DNA of 58,587 bases, filler included, from Catajapyx aquilonaris (lineage: Eukaryota): the NCBI GenBank assembly GCA_000934665.2. It is 4 parts of 4 records of this genome, joined end to end, with 100 filler letters (N's around TTAATTAATTAA, not from the genome) between each part and the next. Parts side by side here need not be neighbours in the genome. Positions count along the whole stretch, not along the records: positions 1 to 14,500 come from JYFJ02007762.1; positions 14,601 to 29,281 come from KZ539732.1; 2 more parts are not named here. One strand, 5' to 3'. A program made the translations under genes and the position numbers. A model generated the notes under the pieces. That model had not been told where the DNA came from. It saw nothing but the letters and a program-made list of their open reading frames with translations, and searched no databases. Shown here piece by piece: positions 10,889 to 22,569 of the stretch (the stretch's first letter is position 1; every line of letters starts with the position of its first letter).

Positions 10889-12871
10889 ATGGTTGATAGA
10901 GAGGCAAGCACCATGAAGCACTTGACGCTAACTTTATTCCTATTTATATGCGCGACTGATGCCTTTACAAATTACTCAATTCCATTGGCGCAAAAAACCG
11001 CAGTGGACGACGATTTGGTGCGTCAACTTTTAGTCGAGGTGTTTCAGTCTCGGTATGGACGTGACTGCGGTCTGGTTGTATCAACAGACGAACACCAGTT
11101 CAGTGATCCAGTGCAGAAAGTGATGCTGCGCCAAGGTGAATTTTATCTACCACTTATTACACTCAAAAAGACCGAGTTTACTCATTCTTACCGCGACTAC
11201 ACGTGGCTGAAGAACGAGGAAGAGTTGATGGACCTCAGAACGATGCCTCCAGAGTTTCAGTCCAAGGTTTGGCCCGGTGGGACATTTTGCAATTTCCATT
11301 TGATTCTGGTCTCATCACCCTCCAAATTCAAGAAACTACTGGTCAACATCATAGCTTCAGTGCGAGTGCGACATTACGAGGACAAGTTCCTGATCCACTT
11401 TAGGTCAGGTCAGGAATCAGTCGAAATGGCTGTTACCAGCCCTCCGGGTTCCTCCATGACCCTTCAGATGGCCACTCACATGTCTGACGACAATCGCAAG
11501 CTGGAAATGATGACACTGTGCGCATACTGCAAGCCTGGAGGTCAACACGGGGTTACACGGTTGGGCCACTTTGATCCAACTCGCAGGCATGATTTCGATG
11601 AATTTTATGAGGCAGCCAGGTCATACAACCTAAACGGAGCCACTCTCAGATTAGTTTTTTATGAAGAAGTGGACATCAAGGGAGCAAGAATCAGAAGAAG
11701 TCAGAGAGGAGACATGTATCTGACAGTCTTTGAACGAATGTTTGTCACCATAGAAGATATACTACAATGCAGGTTTGATTTCTATGTGAAGAATCTTGAG
11801 AGTGCGGATATAGAATTTAGGCATCCAAACGGATCTTGGGATGGGATGATTGGAGAGATACTCAATAATAAAGCTGATGTCATCGTATTCATGGGGTACA
11901 CCCCTGAAATAGTCAAGGCTGTTTTTGTACTCCCAGCTCTAATATTCACACAGAAAAGATTTATCACGCGGATACCCAGGGGCACAATCAGCTGGACTGT
12001 AATTGTCAGACCCTACGACTCTTTATTTTGGCTGTCCCTCTTGGCAGCCATGTTCCTGTCAGCGTCTGTTATCTTCTGCATTGGTAAGAAACATAAAGTG
12101 ACCTTTACATTTTCTGTAAATTACATAATGCGATATTTAATAGAGCAGCCTGTATTACTACCCAAAATATCAGTTATCCGTGTATTTACATTGTGCTTCG
12201 CACTTTTCTCAATTGTTGTCATTTGCGGATATAAATCCAAGCTAGTGTCTTACCTCACCTGGCCTCCCCGAGAGACTCTACCCGAAACCTTTCATGAATT
12301 ATTAAATTCTAACTTCAAATGGGGCATGAGCATGTTGGAATTTGTACTAATTCGAATCTGTGCAAAATTATCTGGGATCAAACACCTCATAAAAATTGTG
12401 GAAACGCCACAAATGCATAAATCTCGAGCAGAATGTATACGCAAAACTTTGACAGAAGATTTTGCTTGCGTAGGAGTGGATCTGCTTCTCATTAGAGAGT
12501 TATACCATTTTGTTGATGATGAGGGGAATTTCATGGTCAAATTTGCACCAGAAACAGTGTTGCAGTCACCGTTTTCACCTTCAATTTTTAAAGGTGCTCC
12601 ACTGATTATGGAAGTTCAAAGAACGGTGGGATATGCGTCTGCGGGAGGCTTTATTGATAAATTTCTTCGGGACGAATTTTTCACTAACTTTATTGTCAGT
12701 TTAAATGAAATTCGCAAGCAAACCAATCACGATGTGTTTCGAGATTTAGTTCTTACGATGCCAAAACTGAAGGGAATGTTTCAGATTTGGCTCACAGGAT
12801 TAGCAATAAGTAGTGTGATTTTTATTGCAGAGGAATATTTTGCCAAGTGCAGAAAAAAGTTGAATCCGTAA
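10889..12871 (+). CDS. Divergent ionotropic receptor (IR, variant iGluR family), intronless, 660 aa; probable start at 10913 (MKHLTL signal peptide)
   Basis: Signal peptide, S1 lobe (NGSWDGMIGEILNNKADV), M1 (VRPYDSLFWLSLL), pore, M2 with GYKSKLVSYLT (SYTANLAAFLT equivalent), S2, terminal TM (LTMPKLKGMFQIWLTGLAISSVIFIAE). Confidence 0.92.
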   Translation: MVDREASTMKHLTLTLFLFICATDAFTNYSIPLAQKTAVDDDLVRQLLVEVFQSRYGRDCGLVVSTDEHQFSDPVQKVMLRQGEFYLPLITLKKTEFTHSYRDYTWLKNEEELMDLRTMPPEFQSKVWPGGTFCNFHLILVSSPSKFKKLLVNIIASVRVRHYEDKFLIHFRSGQESVEMAVTSPPGSSMTLQMATHMSDDNRKLEMMTLCAYCKPGGQHGVTRLGHFDPTRRHDFDEFYEAARSYNLNGATLRLVFYEEVDIKGARIRRSQRGDMYLTVFERMFVTIEDILQCRFDFYVKNLESADIEFRHPNGSWDGMIGEILNNKADVIVFMGYTPEIVKAVFVLPALIFTQKRFITRIPRGTISWTVIVRPYDSLFWLSLLAAMFLSASVIFCIGKKHKVTFTFSVNYIMRYLIEQPVLLPKISVIRVFTLCFALFSIVVICGYKSKLVSYLTWPPRETLPETFHELLNSNFKWGMSMLEFVLIRICAKLSGIKHLIKIVETPQMHKSRAECIRKTLTEDFACVGVDLLLIRELYHFVDDEGNFMVKFAPETVLQSPFSPSIFKGAPLIMEVQRTVGYASAGGFIDKFLRDEFFTNFIVSLNEIRKQTNHDVFRDLVLTMPKLKGMFQIWLTGLAISSVIFIAEEYFAKCRKKLNP

Positions 12872-13972
12872 TGGCAAGCAGAAGTCACACGTAAGGGTCT
12901 GTTGATGACGATGAATATCGCATAACATAGGGCCCTTGCAGCAGGCTATAGTTAAGAGCGAAGGTGAATAGTAGCATCATTCACTCATTTGATTATAAAG
13001 AAAATATTTTTGTTTGTGTGAGTGTGGGTGTGTTATACATGTTTTGTTTGCTTTGGTCATATTGGGTTACACAAAACTCTCCCTTCCTGACACGACTCCT
13101 CTATGATCAGCAAATTAAAAGGAGGGCTGGAGAATATGAAATACAGTACATTTCGCTCTATGAGGCCAGAGTTCTATCATTTAATGTATATTGTTGTTGT
13201 AGTCGTCGTCATTGTGTCTGATAATCTGAGTAGATGTATGACAATGTAAACCTTTAATTTTATACGGCAGAAATTTATATAACCGAAAAGGTCGATTCAG
13301 ACTTTAGTTGCTTATAATTATTCACATAAACTTATCTTCTGTTTCTAAACTCTCAAGAATGTATAAGGCATGTTTTGCAGAAATATTTTTCATGTATTTT
13401 CTTTTGAAATTATAAGAGTAGTAACTAGTAATCAAAGCAAACTGATGCAATGTACATATTCAAATATTGTATTTTCTGCAATGATTATTACATGCTATAT
13501 AACTGATGTAATGTTACAACTGCTAATTTTCTAGTATTGCGTCACTTGCATACACTACAAGAACAGCACCTCCCACCTACCACTACCTGTGTAATACTGA
13601 ATGTGTTTTCGTTAAGCACAATAATAGATGGTAATTTGTAAGAATCCATCGCACTCCACTACTTACACGTAATGCAGGTGGCATGTTCTTTATTAATAAT
13701 GCATCAGTTCAATATTGTATCTAAGCCTGTCAATTTGTTTGTTGTATAATTATGTCACATAAAATAAATAAAAACCAATTAAAGCAAGAACAAAGCCATC
13801 ATTTCGAGTTTAATGAAACCATGAAACCCATACTCATGCATCTGAGAAAGCACGTGAAAACTAATCAAGTAATCATTGTAATTTTAGCACCAAGAAATGC
13901 ATGGAAGTCCCACCACCACCATCACTATAACTTGTGTCAGGCCCGTAGCCAATGGGGTTGGGGGGGGGGGGN

Positions 13973-14190
13973 GATCCCAACACTGGATCTCTTCTTCATT
14001 CCCACTGTAAAGTAATCCATTACTGAAACAAGCGCCAATATAGATGGAAAACTTGACTCCATAATATTATGCTGTAAGGACGTCAGGATGGCGACGTCAT
14101 ACACGCTATGACCTGACGATTTTCCAACAGCCATGTGCCCATCTATAGTGTCCAAGTAGAGGACAGCTAGGCCTGTTTCACAGCATGCTA
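13973..14190 (-). pseudogene. Decayed partial duplicate of WDR89-like exon 2
   Basis: Aligns to 6951-7160 (GLAVL.LDT.DGH.AVGKSSGHSVYD..LTSLQH..MESSFPSI) with indels that shift the frame. Confidence 0.85.
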
Positions 14191-14500
14191 AGTACAATAT
14201 CATTTATTCGAAGAAGACAAAACAGTTGTGGCATCGTATTATTGACTGGTGTCTCCAATAATTACTGTATAATGTGACGCCGTCTTTATGAATATGAAGA
14301 GAGAGAAAACCGAAAGTATCACCTATTCTGAAGCGCCTAGCAAATTCATTGAATGGTTGAAATGTGGCATGTGCACAGAAAAAAACAGCATATATTATTA
14401 GCTCATGCGTGGGATAATGCTGGATGCCAGATAATTACCAAGACAAGCCAGGTAGGCAGGGATGGGCAGTATTTAAATACAAATGTATTTAAATACGTAT

Positions 14501-14600
14501 NNNNNNNNNNNNNNNNNNNNNNNNNNNNNNNNNNNNNNNNNNNNTTAATTAATTAANNNNNNNNNNNNNNNNNNNNNNNNNNNNNNNNNNNNNNNNNNNN
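14501..14600. other. Artificial assembly spacer
   Basis: N44-TTAATTAATTAA-N44, stops in all six frames, exactly 100 bp. Confidence 0.95.
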
Positions 14601-15548
14601 GGAGGAGGAGGATGGAAAAGATTTAGCACTTCCCGAGGTCGTAGAGCTCTGGTCGAAATTCCGTTGGGCTTCTTGCCGCCGGTTTACCAATGCCAAAAGT
14701 CCTCATAATCGCAAAATTCCCAGCCGTTTTGGACTTCGGAAAAGTCGACATTTGCACGTGCCACCTTGTCCATCTGCTCCTCATTAAGCCGCTGGAGAAC
14801 AATAGCACCTCTCCGGCGCTCCCTCCCCCCACCTGCTCGCAATCTGGATCTACTCTAATCCCATCTCAGTGCCTTTTTCACCATACGTCAGCTAGGGCGC
14901 AGTCTCATACTCCACACCTTTAGCGATGACGTCACGGGTTCTGTAAAGGGATGCCACCCCGCTCCGACCACTTTTTGCGTAAAAAGACTTGCTCTGTTAG
15001 CATCGGAGGGTGGGGTAAGTGGGGGGGGGGGGCGGCCGGGTGCACTGGACCTCGGAGAGTTACGGAGGCCGAGGAGGACCTGCGCGGGAGCGGNNNNNNN
15101 NNNNNNNNNNNNNNNNNNNNNNNNNNNNNNNNNNNNNNNNNNNNNNNNNNNNNNNNNNNNNNNNNNNNNNNNNNNNNNCCCCCCCCCCCGCCTCGCAAAG
15201 CGAGTACATAGCCTAAATCTCCAATTTCGTTGTATGAATTTGTAAGCAACGTAAATTAAATTCCAGCCGACACGAGGAGACGTACAGTAGCATCAATGTT
15301 GTGCATAATATGAGCATAATAATGCGTGATAATGCAAGCCCGTGACCAGGTCGGTCAACCGGGTCAGTCGAACGAGTCAGTCTCCATGGACACTTGTTTT
15401 CATTTCTCGAGTTCATTGTTGGTCACACCTCACTTTCGGAAAGTTCGATCTAAATTCTCCGTCCCAAATCATCCTTCTAAATTTTCAGCACACTTCGCTT
15501 TTTCGTCCAGGAATCCTCCAGCAGGTCCATCAACTTTCGTGCAAGACA

Positions 15549-15629
15549 ATGGAACTGACCATCAACAATCCCCTCAAGCTGCCCTTCGGGACTAGTGTTA
15601 CAGCCGTAGAGTTGAAACTTCTGGTCAGG
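15549..15629 (+). CDS. Uncharacterised 348-aa protein, exon 1
   Basis: ACAATGG start context, MELTINNPLKLPFGTSVTAVELKLLVR, AGG|GTGAGT phase-0 donor. Confidence 0.6.
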
Positions 15630-15819
15630 GTGAGTCTTATTACTATTCAGGCAGGCCCGGATTTCTCAATAGACAAAGTAGTCACAGGTGTCAGTCGTGT
15701 CACCATTAATGCAATATATAGTGAACGCTGTTCCTTCCTGTCCGTGACAAGGGAATACTCAGAGTGTCGATTAACACTCACAATATGATTTATATCGCAA
15801 ATGTATGCCGTATGATATA

Positions 15820-16439
15820 CAGTAAAACTTCTATAAGTCGAATTTCCATGGGACCGGGAAAAAACTTCGAGTTATAGAATATTCGAGTTAGAGAAGTTTG
15901 AAATTTTTTAAGCACATAAACGATATAAGGAAACGTACTGTACGTTTCCTTATATCGTGTGACGAAAGGTGTTCATAACTGGAAAATAACTGTCACTATC
16001 ACACTTACAATTTGTTCCTCGTTGTTTTGATGTAAAAAAATCTCCGTTATGGACATCTGCCTACCCTTAGATTCAAGGATTCAATTGTCACAATCGAGTC
16101 AAACACTTCTTTCGGTACATCTGGTAGACGGAAATCATGAAATTGAGCCTTTCTGTACATGTGGCGTACTCTCGACCCTTCGGCTGGGAAATGAGAAAAT
16201 TTTCCTTACTCGCCAACGTGAACTTCGACTTAGGGAGTCTGAAAGTGCATTGATATCCCATCGTAAGGCCCTGCGTGCACTTCGAGTTAGGGAAGTTTGT
16301 TTCATTTATTATTTATTATTTATTATTATGTATTATTTTATTTATTTTTATTTTACATTGTGACCAAGCAGGCTCATCATTTTCTTCGACTTATAGAGAA
16401 CTTCGACTTAGGGAAGTTCGACGTATAGAAGTTTTACTG
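15820..16439. mobile_element. pogo/Tigger-like MITE in intron 1
   Basis: CAGTAAAACTTCTATA...TATAGAAGTTTTACTG, TA TSD, subterminal TTCGAG/CTTA repeats. Confidence 0.8.
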
Positions 16440-17069
16440 TAATTACAACATTGTTGTGATGACACTTGTGTAAGTTAGGTTGGTAACAAGTACAGTCCGG
16501 GGAGGGGTGGACGGGTGGAGAAGGAGGGGGCTTGGTGATGTGAGTCCGGAGTAGAATAAAGCAGACAGTAGAGCGGCAAATCTTTAGGGGCGGCAGATTT
16601 GGGGGGCGAAATTGTCTCTGGTATTACTGTGGAAAAAATTGTGGCGGAGTTGCATTCCCGGGGATCATTCCAATTCCCGTTCCAGTTCAATTTCAGCAAA
16701 TAGGCCTACACGCTACACACCCATTCAAATCTCCCAGTAGATTGTGTGACCGTGAACCCAAAAAAAGTTCGCATGCGGCGGCCTTTCCTCCCTCATCTTG
16801 CGCTTTCCTTATTTGGCGCTGCTCGCCCCCCCCCCCCCCNCCCCCCCCCCCCTCTACCGAAATTTCTTCTGCCTACGCGCCTGTATTACCTGTATGATCA
16901 TTCTGGGTATTAACGTTACGGAAGGAATTGATGGGGAGAGGGTGAGGGGCGGCAGATGACCAACTGCCTACCCGCGAAAAAAGTCTAAATACGGCCTGAC
17001 TTCAGGAGCATTTTGTGGTTACTTTGGGGTTGTCTTGAATGCACTATTCGATCCATTGCGTGTTCTCAG

Positions 17070-17306
17070 GAGCAGCTCTATGAGATCAGGCGCTACACTC
17101 GAGAGAGCATAGATCACCTACAGGATCTCATGAAGGACGAATTGGACGTAAGATTTGCCTACATGATCCCGCTCACGGCCATCACGCACACTTATGACGC
17201 CATCCACATCATGATGAAGCTAAGCGAGCCTCCCCGTAAGTGGCCTTGCCTAAAACACTTGGTGGATGTGTCTGACTTCGCGAGGGCCCTTGTTCCGAAA
17301 GATCAT
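17070..17306 (+). CDS. Uncharacterised 348-aa protein, exon 2
   Basis: ttctcag| EQLYEIRRY...LVPKDH |GTGAGC; 237 nt, phase 0/0, GC3-rich codons. Confidence 0.75.
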
Positions 17307-17535
17307 GTGAGCTTTGTTTAACTTATACAGTCTTGTGGTCGTCAGCAGTGTCGTAACCCCTAGCTTTTATAAGTGCCACTGGAATTGTGTTGCACCTCCA
17401 ATGTTTGATAGTCACAAAAGCTCTCGGAAAAAATGGAGCAACAACTCTTTTGACGGTTACATGACAAGTGCACCAAATAATGACATGCCGACCATTCGAA
17501 TTACAACTACATTTCTTACCCATTTAATGTCGCAG

Positions 17536-17649
17536 CCGTTCGTCTACTTGACGGAACACGCCTGTTTTATTGAAGCAATAGCCCTTAGAGTGAAAGACCT
17601 CCATCGTGACTGTCTTAGGCGGCATGAAAGGCAACAGCTCAGCGTCAAG
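17536..17649 (+). CDS. Uncharacterised 348-aa protein, exon 3
   Basis: tcgcag| PFVYLTEH...QQLSVK |GTAAAG; 114 nt, phase 0/0. Confidence 0.7.
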
Positions 17650-17804
17650 GTAAAGTGGATATCATAATAAATTACTGTAGTAGGCAATAATTATGTACCC
17701 AGACTTCATCTGTGCATGTGAATATATTTTGCATATGTCATCGATCTTTGTGCTGATGATAATGAGATACAATTCAGCACCATAATATGGGTTGTATCTT
17801 TCAG

Positions 17805-17993
17805 AAGGTGGAAGATGCCCTGGAGGATGAGATCACCTTCCTGCGTCTCTTCCCCGAAGCCTTCAAGCTGGGGATCGACAACTTTCTAGAGCTTCTCAAC
17901 AGTTTTTGTATGAAGAAGCGCAAGTTTGCGGGTATACATTCCCAGACTGAACTTAACGTGTGCTTACGTGCTGTGGTTGGCCTAGTGAATGAG
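17805..17993 (+). CDS. Uncharacterised 348-aa protein, exon 4
   Basis: ctttcag| KVEDALEDEITF...VGLVNE |GTAGAG; 189 nt, phase 0/0. Confidence 0.75.
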
Positions 17994-19344
17994 GTAGAGT
18001 ATATTATAGAAATCAGTGTAGGCCTGTAGCCTTCGCATATGTGCCAGTAAGATAACATTATTATTTAATATAGCATCGCTCTTACTACTCCGAATGAATG
18101 GTCGTTCAAGAGCTAGGTCGTTACATCATATTACATAATTATAGCAGTTCTATTTCTCTTTAGTTTTTAAAGCCGTCGCATAATTATAATCAATTCATCA
18201 CTGAAATCATACATGGCGCGCGTTCTACTATTTTATTCCAGCGAGTAATTATGTAATGACAGTTACGGTCTCAGGCTCCGACTGGTTAGGTCACAGTTCA
18301 GGTGGGGTGGGAGGGGTGGGGGGGGGGGGAAATCAGGATTGGTCAAAATGACCAGGTCAGATTCACTCATATTGCCGGTGCACTGACTGACAATATATTG
18401 TCATGTCTTCTGTCCAGGAAGGACGGATGGCGAGAGGGAGGGTACAGTATATGCTTGCATTCACTTCCACTTAAATGCATTATCACCTGACCCCCATTCT
18501 TTTTTCTGCAAATGTACAAGAAATGTCAATACCATCGGCATGTAGAAGAAATCCACTAACAAGTTAATCCTATTTTGGCGGGTTCGAGTTATTAACACCA
18601 CTAAATATACCATACGCGGTATATATTTTTATGCTGTATCGCCTAGTGAAGTCCACTCGGAAGTCCATTTAGTCCCAAAGATTCATAATGACTAATGAGC
18701 CAACAAGGCAGAGGGGACTTTCTGTCTTCACTAGCATGTAAACAAGTGCAAGGCCAAATCTTTACTTTGGGTTATCTAGAGACTGGTTTTTTGGGCTAAC
18801 AAGTTAGTGCATTTCTCATGTATAGGCTATACTGTATAGACGGTGACTTTATGGGCCTACAGGGTGATCAGAAATACTTGTCCGATTGCTGTTGCGATTT
18901 TATCGTAGTAAGCTGCTTATTTATTATAAGTTACTTTGGAATATTGTTATTGATGGTACTTTTATAGTGATGATCAAAAAATAATATTTGCAGTGTTAAT
19001 TTGAGGTAGAATGGGGTCCTAGCCTTGGTCTATCACCTATCCAAGCTCCAAATTGCAATGAATTATTTATGATTTTTGATTGGGAGTGGCCGATTGAAAA
19101 ATAAATGACATCAAATGTCAATTAATACCGTATATATACCGTATAAACGTTCCAAGCATGCGATCGCTTTAGTTATGATGGGAAATAGCTCGAAGCTGGT
19201 ATTTTTGTGTGGCTTGTTGTGCCCTGATCCAGGTGCTCTATTATAATATAGCACCTTCTATATTTGACCACCTGGAAGTAATTGGGCACCTGGATCGAGG
19301 CGAAAAACAACCCACACAAAAATAACTACTTCGGGTGATATTAT

Positions 19345-21461
19345 GAAGGGTTTCTCGGAAAACCCGCATATGCCATAAAATTTGACAAAATGAGTTAAGG
19401 GTATAGTATTAGGCTACATACTTTCGGAAGCGGCCTCCATGCAATGCTTCTCTCCAATTTCTGAAACAAAATTCTGTTGTTGGAGATATTGAAGGGAAAA
19501 ATCAGCCCCTTCCAACATTTTCCTACAAAACCTCACATGTCAAGTGTGATTTCCCGGAAGAATCCCACATGTCAGGAGTGACATGTGAGATTTTTCACGG
19601 AATGATAGGGTTAGAAGGCTTCATGAGTATCTAGTAAAACATGGTATGTCCCCAAAATGATCTAAGCACTACTCCAGGACAACCGCTGCCCACGTCGTTG
19701 ATGCCATCATGAAACATGTTAAGTCCTTAGAGGCTATAGTCTCGCTACTCGTGCAGCAAAAAATTCACATTTGTAACGTATTACCTTCCTGAAAATCTTT
19801 CTGTCAGCCTCATGCACGAAATGTTATATGACGAAAATAAGCCAGAACTTCATGTGATTTAGAAAGTTTACAGGAATATTTTCATGCAGAATTATACACT
19901 TCAAAGTTTGACACGCATCGAAGCGACACATGCGACTATTTTGTGTACAGGATTGCAGAGTTGATGGAGAGTGTCGATGGCACTGAAAATTCCAAGCAAA
20001 TGCAGGAAAAGGAACTGCAGCTTGCTAAAGCTGAAAGGTTTTATCAGTTGTCCAGTTCCTCTACAATCTACATCAGTGCTTCCCAATTTCTTTCGTTGGC
20101 GACCCCCCAAAAAAACGTCTCGTAAAATTTGCGGCATCCTGTGCACTTTCGATCCTCCGACATGAAAAGACAGGTAAACAGTGAAATGACCTTACCCTAT
20201 GGTAATAATTTTCGAGAAATTTAGCATCATTTTGTGAAAATAATTTCTAACCCTCCCTCGCGACCCCAAATACTGTATTACGTATTTTTTCGACCCCATT
20301 TGGGAAGCACTGATATTCTACATGATGGTGCACTACAATAACCCACGTCAAGCCCACGTGTATCCGATAATAATAGGCCTTTTTCCTGTCAAATGATCAG
20401 AAAATTGGTGTGATCGACGAATCTATGCATAAGAGCCAATATATACAGGGCTATTCATAAGTCTTGACCCTATTTTAAAAATTCACCAAAAATACACTAC
20501 ACAACAGATAGTTGTAATTAATATACCAAAAGAGCGAGAAAGGATCCGAGTTTTTTTTTACAGCAAACCCCTCTCGTGTTGTAGCCTTGCTGTGCCGCTA
20601 GGAGGCAGTAGTTAGAAAATGATAAATTATACATTATAAATGAACATGGAGGATTACCTCTTTCAACAAGATGGTGCTCCACCTCATTTCCATACCCAGG
20701 TGCAATGGTACTTCAACCAAAACCTACCACGACATTAGATTGGACGCACAAGTCCCGATGATGAGGTGTTAATGCGGTGGCCACCCTGGTCACCCGATTT
20801 AACTCGCAACTTTTTCTTACTGGGATTTGTGAACGACACACTGTCTTTGTGCCTCCACTCACTGCCAATCTCCAGGAACTTCGCCACCGCATCACCATGG
20901 CAGTCACAAACTCTCAATGATTGACCTAACAAAAATTTACTCCATTTCGCCCCATACGCGAGCAAGCATGTCACATGCTTGCTCGCGTATGGGGCGAAAT
21001 GGAGTATCGGCTAGATGTGTGCCGCATCTCCAGAGGAGGACACATTGAACATTTGTAATGTGTGTAAAAAAACTCGGATCCTTTCTCGCTCCTTTGGTAT
21101 ATTAATTACAACTATCTGTTGTGTAGTGTATTTTTGGTGAATTTTTAAAATAGGGTCAAGACTTATGAATAGCCCTGTACGTACATATTTCCATGAAAAT
21201 AAGGTAGTTTTTGTGATAATTCCGGAAAACCCCCATATGTCACTTTCAAAGTAAGATTATGATCATTTTAAATAACATTGTATAGTGTCTAATTTGGCAC
21301 AGTTGAATGCAGGTGTGTGTCATCCACACTACAATAAGAAAGGGACTGGGTAAGGCAATAATATATTAGTACGACCAGTACGACTCACGCGCAGTTTTTT
21401 TTTTTTGTTTCCTGAAAAATTGTTGTCGCTTGACATGTGGGATTCTTCCGAGAAACCCTTC
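19345..21461 (+). mobile_element. Decayed DNA transposon (Sola/Chapaev-type transposase remnant)
   Basis: TIR GAAGGGTTTCTCGGAA...TTCCGAGAAACCCTTC; remnant near 19870-19950 reads SKFDTHRSDTCD, like the F..P..DTC..C motif. Confidence 0.55.
20446..21177 (+). mobile_element. Internally deleted Tc1/mariner element nested in the previous element
   Basis: About 115-bp TIRs CAGGGCTATTCATAAGTCTTGACCC, TA TSD, transposase remnant FQQDGAPPHF...WPPWSPDLT...GGHIEHL*. Confidence 0.88.
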
Positions 21462-21647
21462 ATTTGCAATGCCTAAAAATGACCTTGATACTTTGATCAC
21501 TCTGTATTGTTTAGCTGTACATGTTGTTCTGGACTGAGGATAGTGATTTATTATGTAGATTTACACCAAGCGAAGTCAGCACCATTAAAACCAATTTCGT
21601 TATTATAAATGTGAGTCAGCATAACGAGATTTATAGGCTACTGTATG

Positions 21648-21920
21648 TGGGCGACACGGTGGCGGAGGGGTTAGCGCCACAGCCCTCCACCTCTGAGGTC
21701 CCGAGTTCGATCTCCGGGTCGGACGGAGGAGGATACTTATGTGGATAGAGTTTCGATGGGTTCTCTCCGTGTTGGCGTGGGTTTTCTCAGGGTTCTCCCG
21801 TTTCCTCCCACAATCAAAATCCATCACAGGACAGGCAATGATTATAAAGACGGTTCAATAAAAGATAATCCCCTAGGAGGACCAAGGGGACCTATCACGG
21901 GGTATCCATTATTCAGATTA
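21648..21920 (+). mobile_element. tRNA-derived SINE with V-domain-like central region
   Basis: A box TGGCGGAGGGG, B box GAGTTCGATCTC, body TTCTCTCCGTGTTGGCGTGGGTTTTCTCAGGGTTCTCCCGTTTCCTCCCACA; 16-bp TSD TATAGGCTACTGTATG (21632, 22572). Confidence 0.8.
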
Positions 21921-21922
21921 TA

Positions 21923-22569
21923 CAGGGTGATTCTCTCGAATGGAAACCCAAACATTCCTCAATAACTTCTTAACTATGGTATGGTTCCCGATGAAAATTG
22001 ACTTGTACTTACCTTGTACCATGCCAAACAAGGTCCGACTAAATAATGCACCAAAAGTGGCCCCCTCCAGCATCCAAGAATTTTTTTAAATGCGAGTCTG
22101 CTTCTTTACCGAAGACTCCTGTAGATCTGGCGGCGGGCATTGCCTCCATCTCCCGCCAGCCAAGCGCCGCGCGCCGTAAGGGGGTTCACAACTAGCTGAC
22201 GGTAGCATACGAAACGAACGAAATGAAATAGTGGACCAATCCGAGCCCACTTGAGGCTCTGATTGGTCCACTATTTCATTTCGTTCGTTTCGTATGCTAC
22301 CGTCAGCTAGTTGTGAACCCCCCTACGGCGCTTGGCTGGCGGGAGATGGAGGCAATGCCCGCCGCCAGTAGGCAGGAGTCTTCGGTAAAGAAGCAGACTC
22401 GCATTTAAAAATTCTTGGATGCTGGAGGGGACCACTTTTGGTACATTCTTTAGTCGGACCTTGTTTGGCATGGTACAAGGTAAGTACAAGTCAATTTTCA
22501 TCGGGAACCATACCATAGTTAAAAAGTTATTGAGGAATGTTTGGGTTTCCATTCGACAGAATCACCCTG
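21923..22569. mobile_element. Tc1/mariner fold-back MITE inserted at the SINE tail
   Basis: CAGGGTGATTCT...AGAATCACCCTG, TA TSD, almost wholly palindromic about 22250. Confidence 0.9.

Noticed and set aside
11203..12540. Short ORFs overlapping the IR, and similar ones overlapping LINE ORFs and MITEs
   Set aside because: Shadow ORFs from alternative frames and palindromic DNA, many with non-ATG starts.
14601..15240. GC-rich stretch with several short ORFs
   Set aside because: No recognisable motif or consistent splice structure; bordered by gaps and poly-G/C.
21648..21725. tRNA genes (also 25400-25470, 26568-26645, 28212-28290, 54265-54340)
   Set aside because: A/B boxes run into SINE bodies with tails and TSDs; no convincing cloverleaf or oligo-T terminator.
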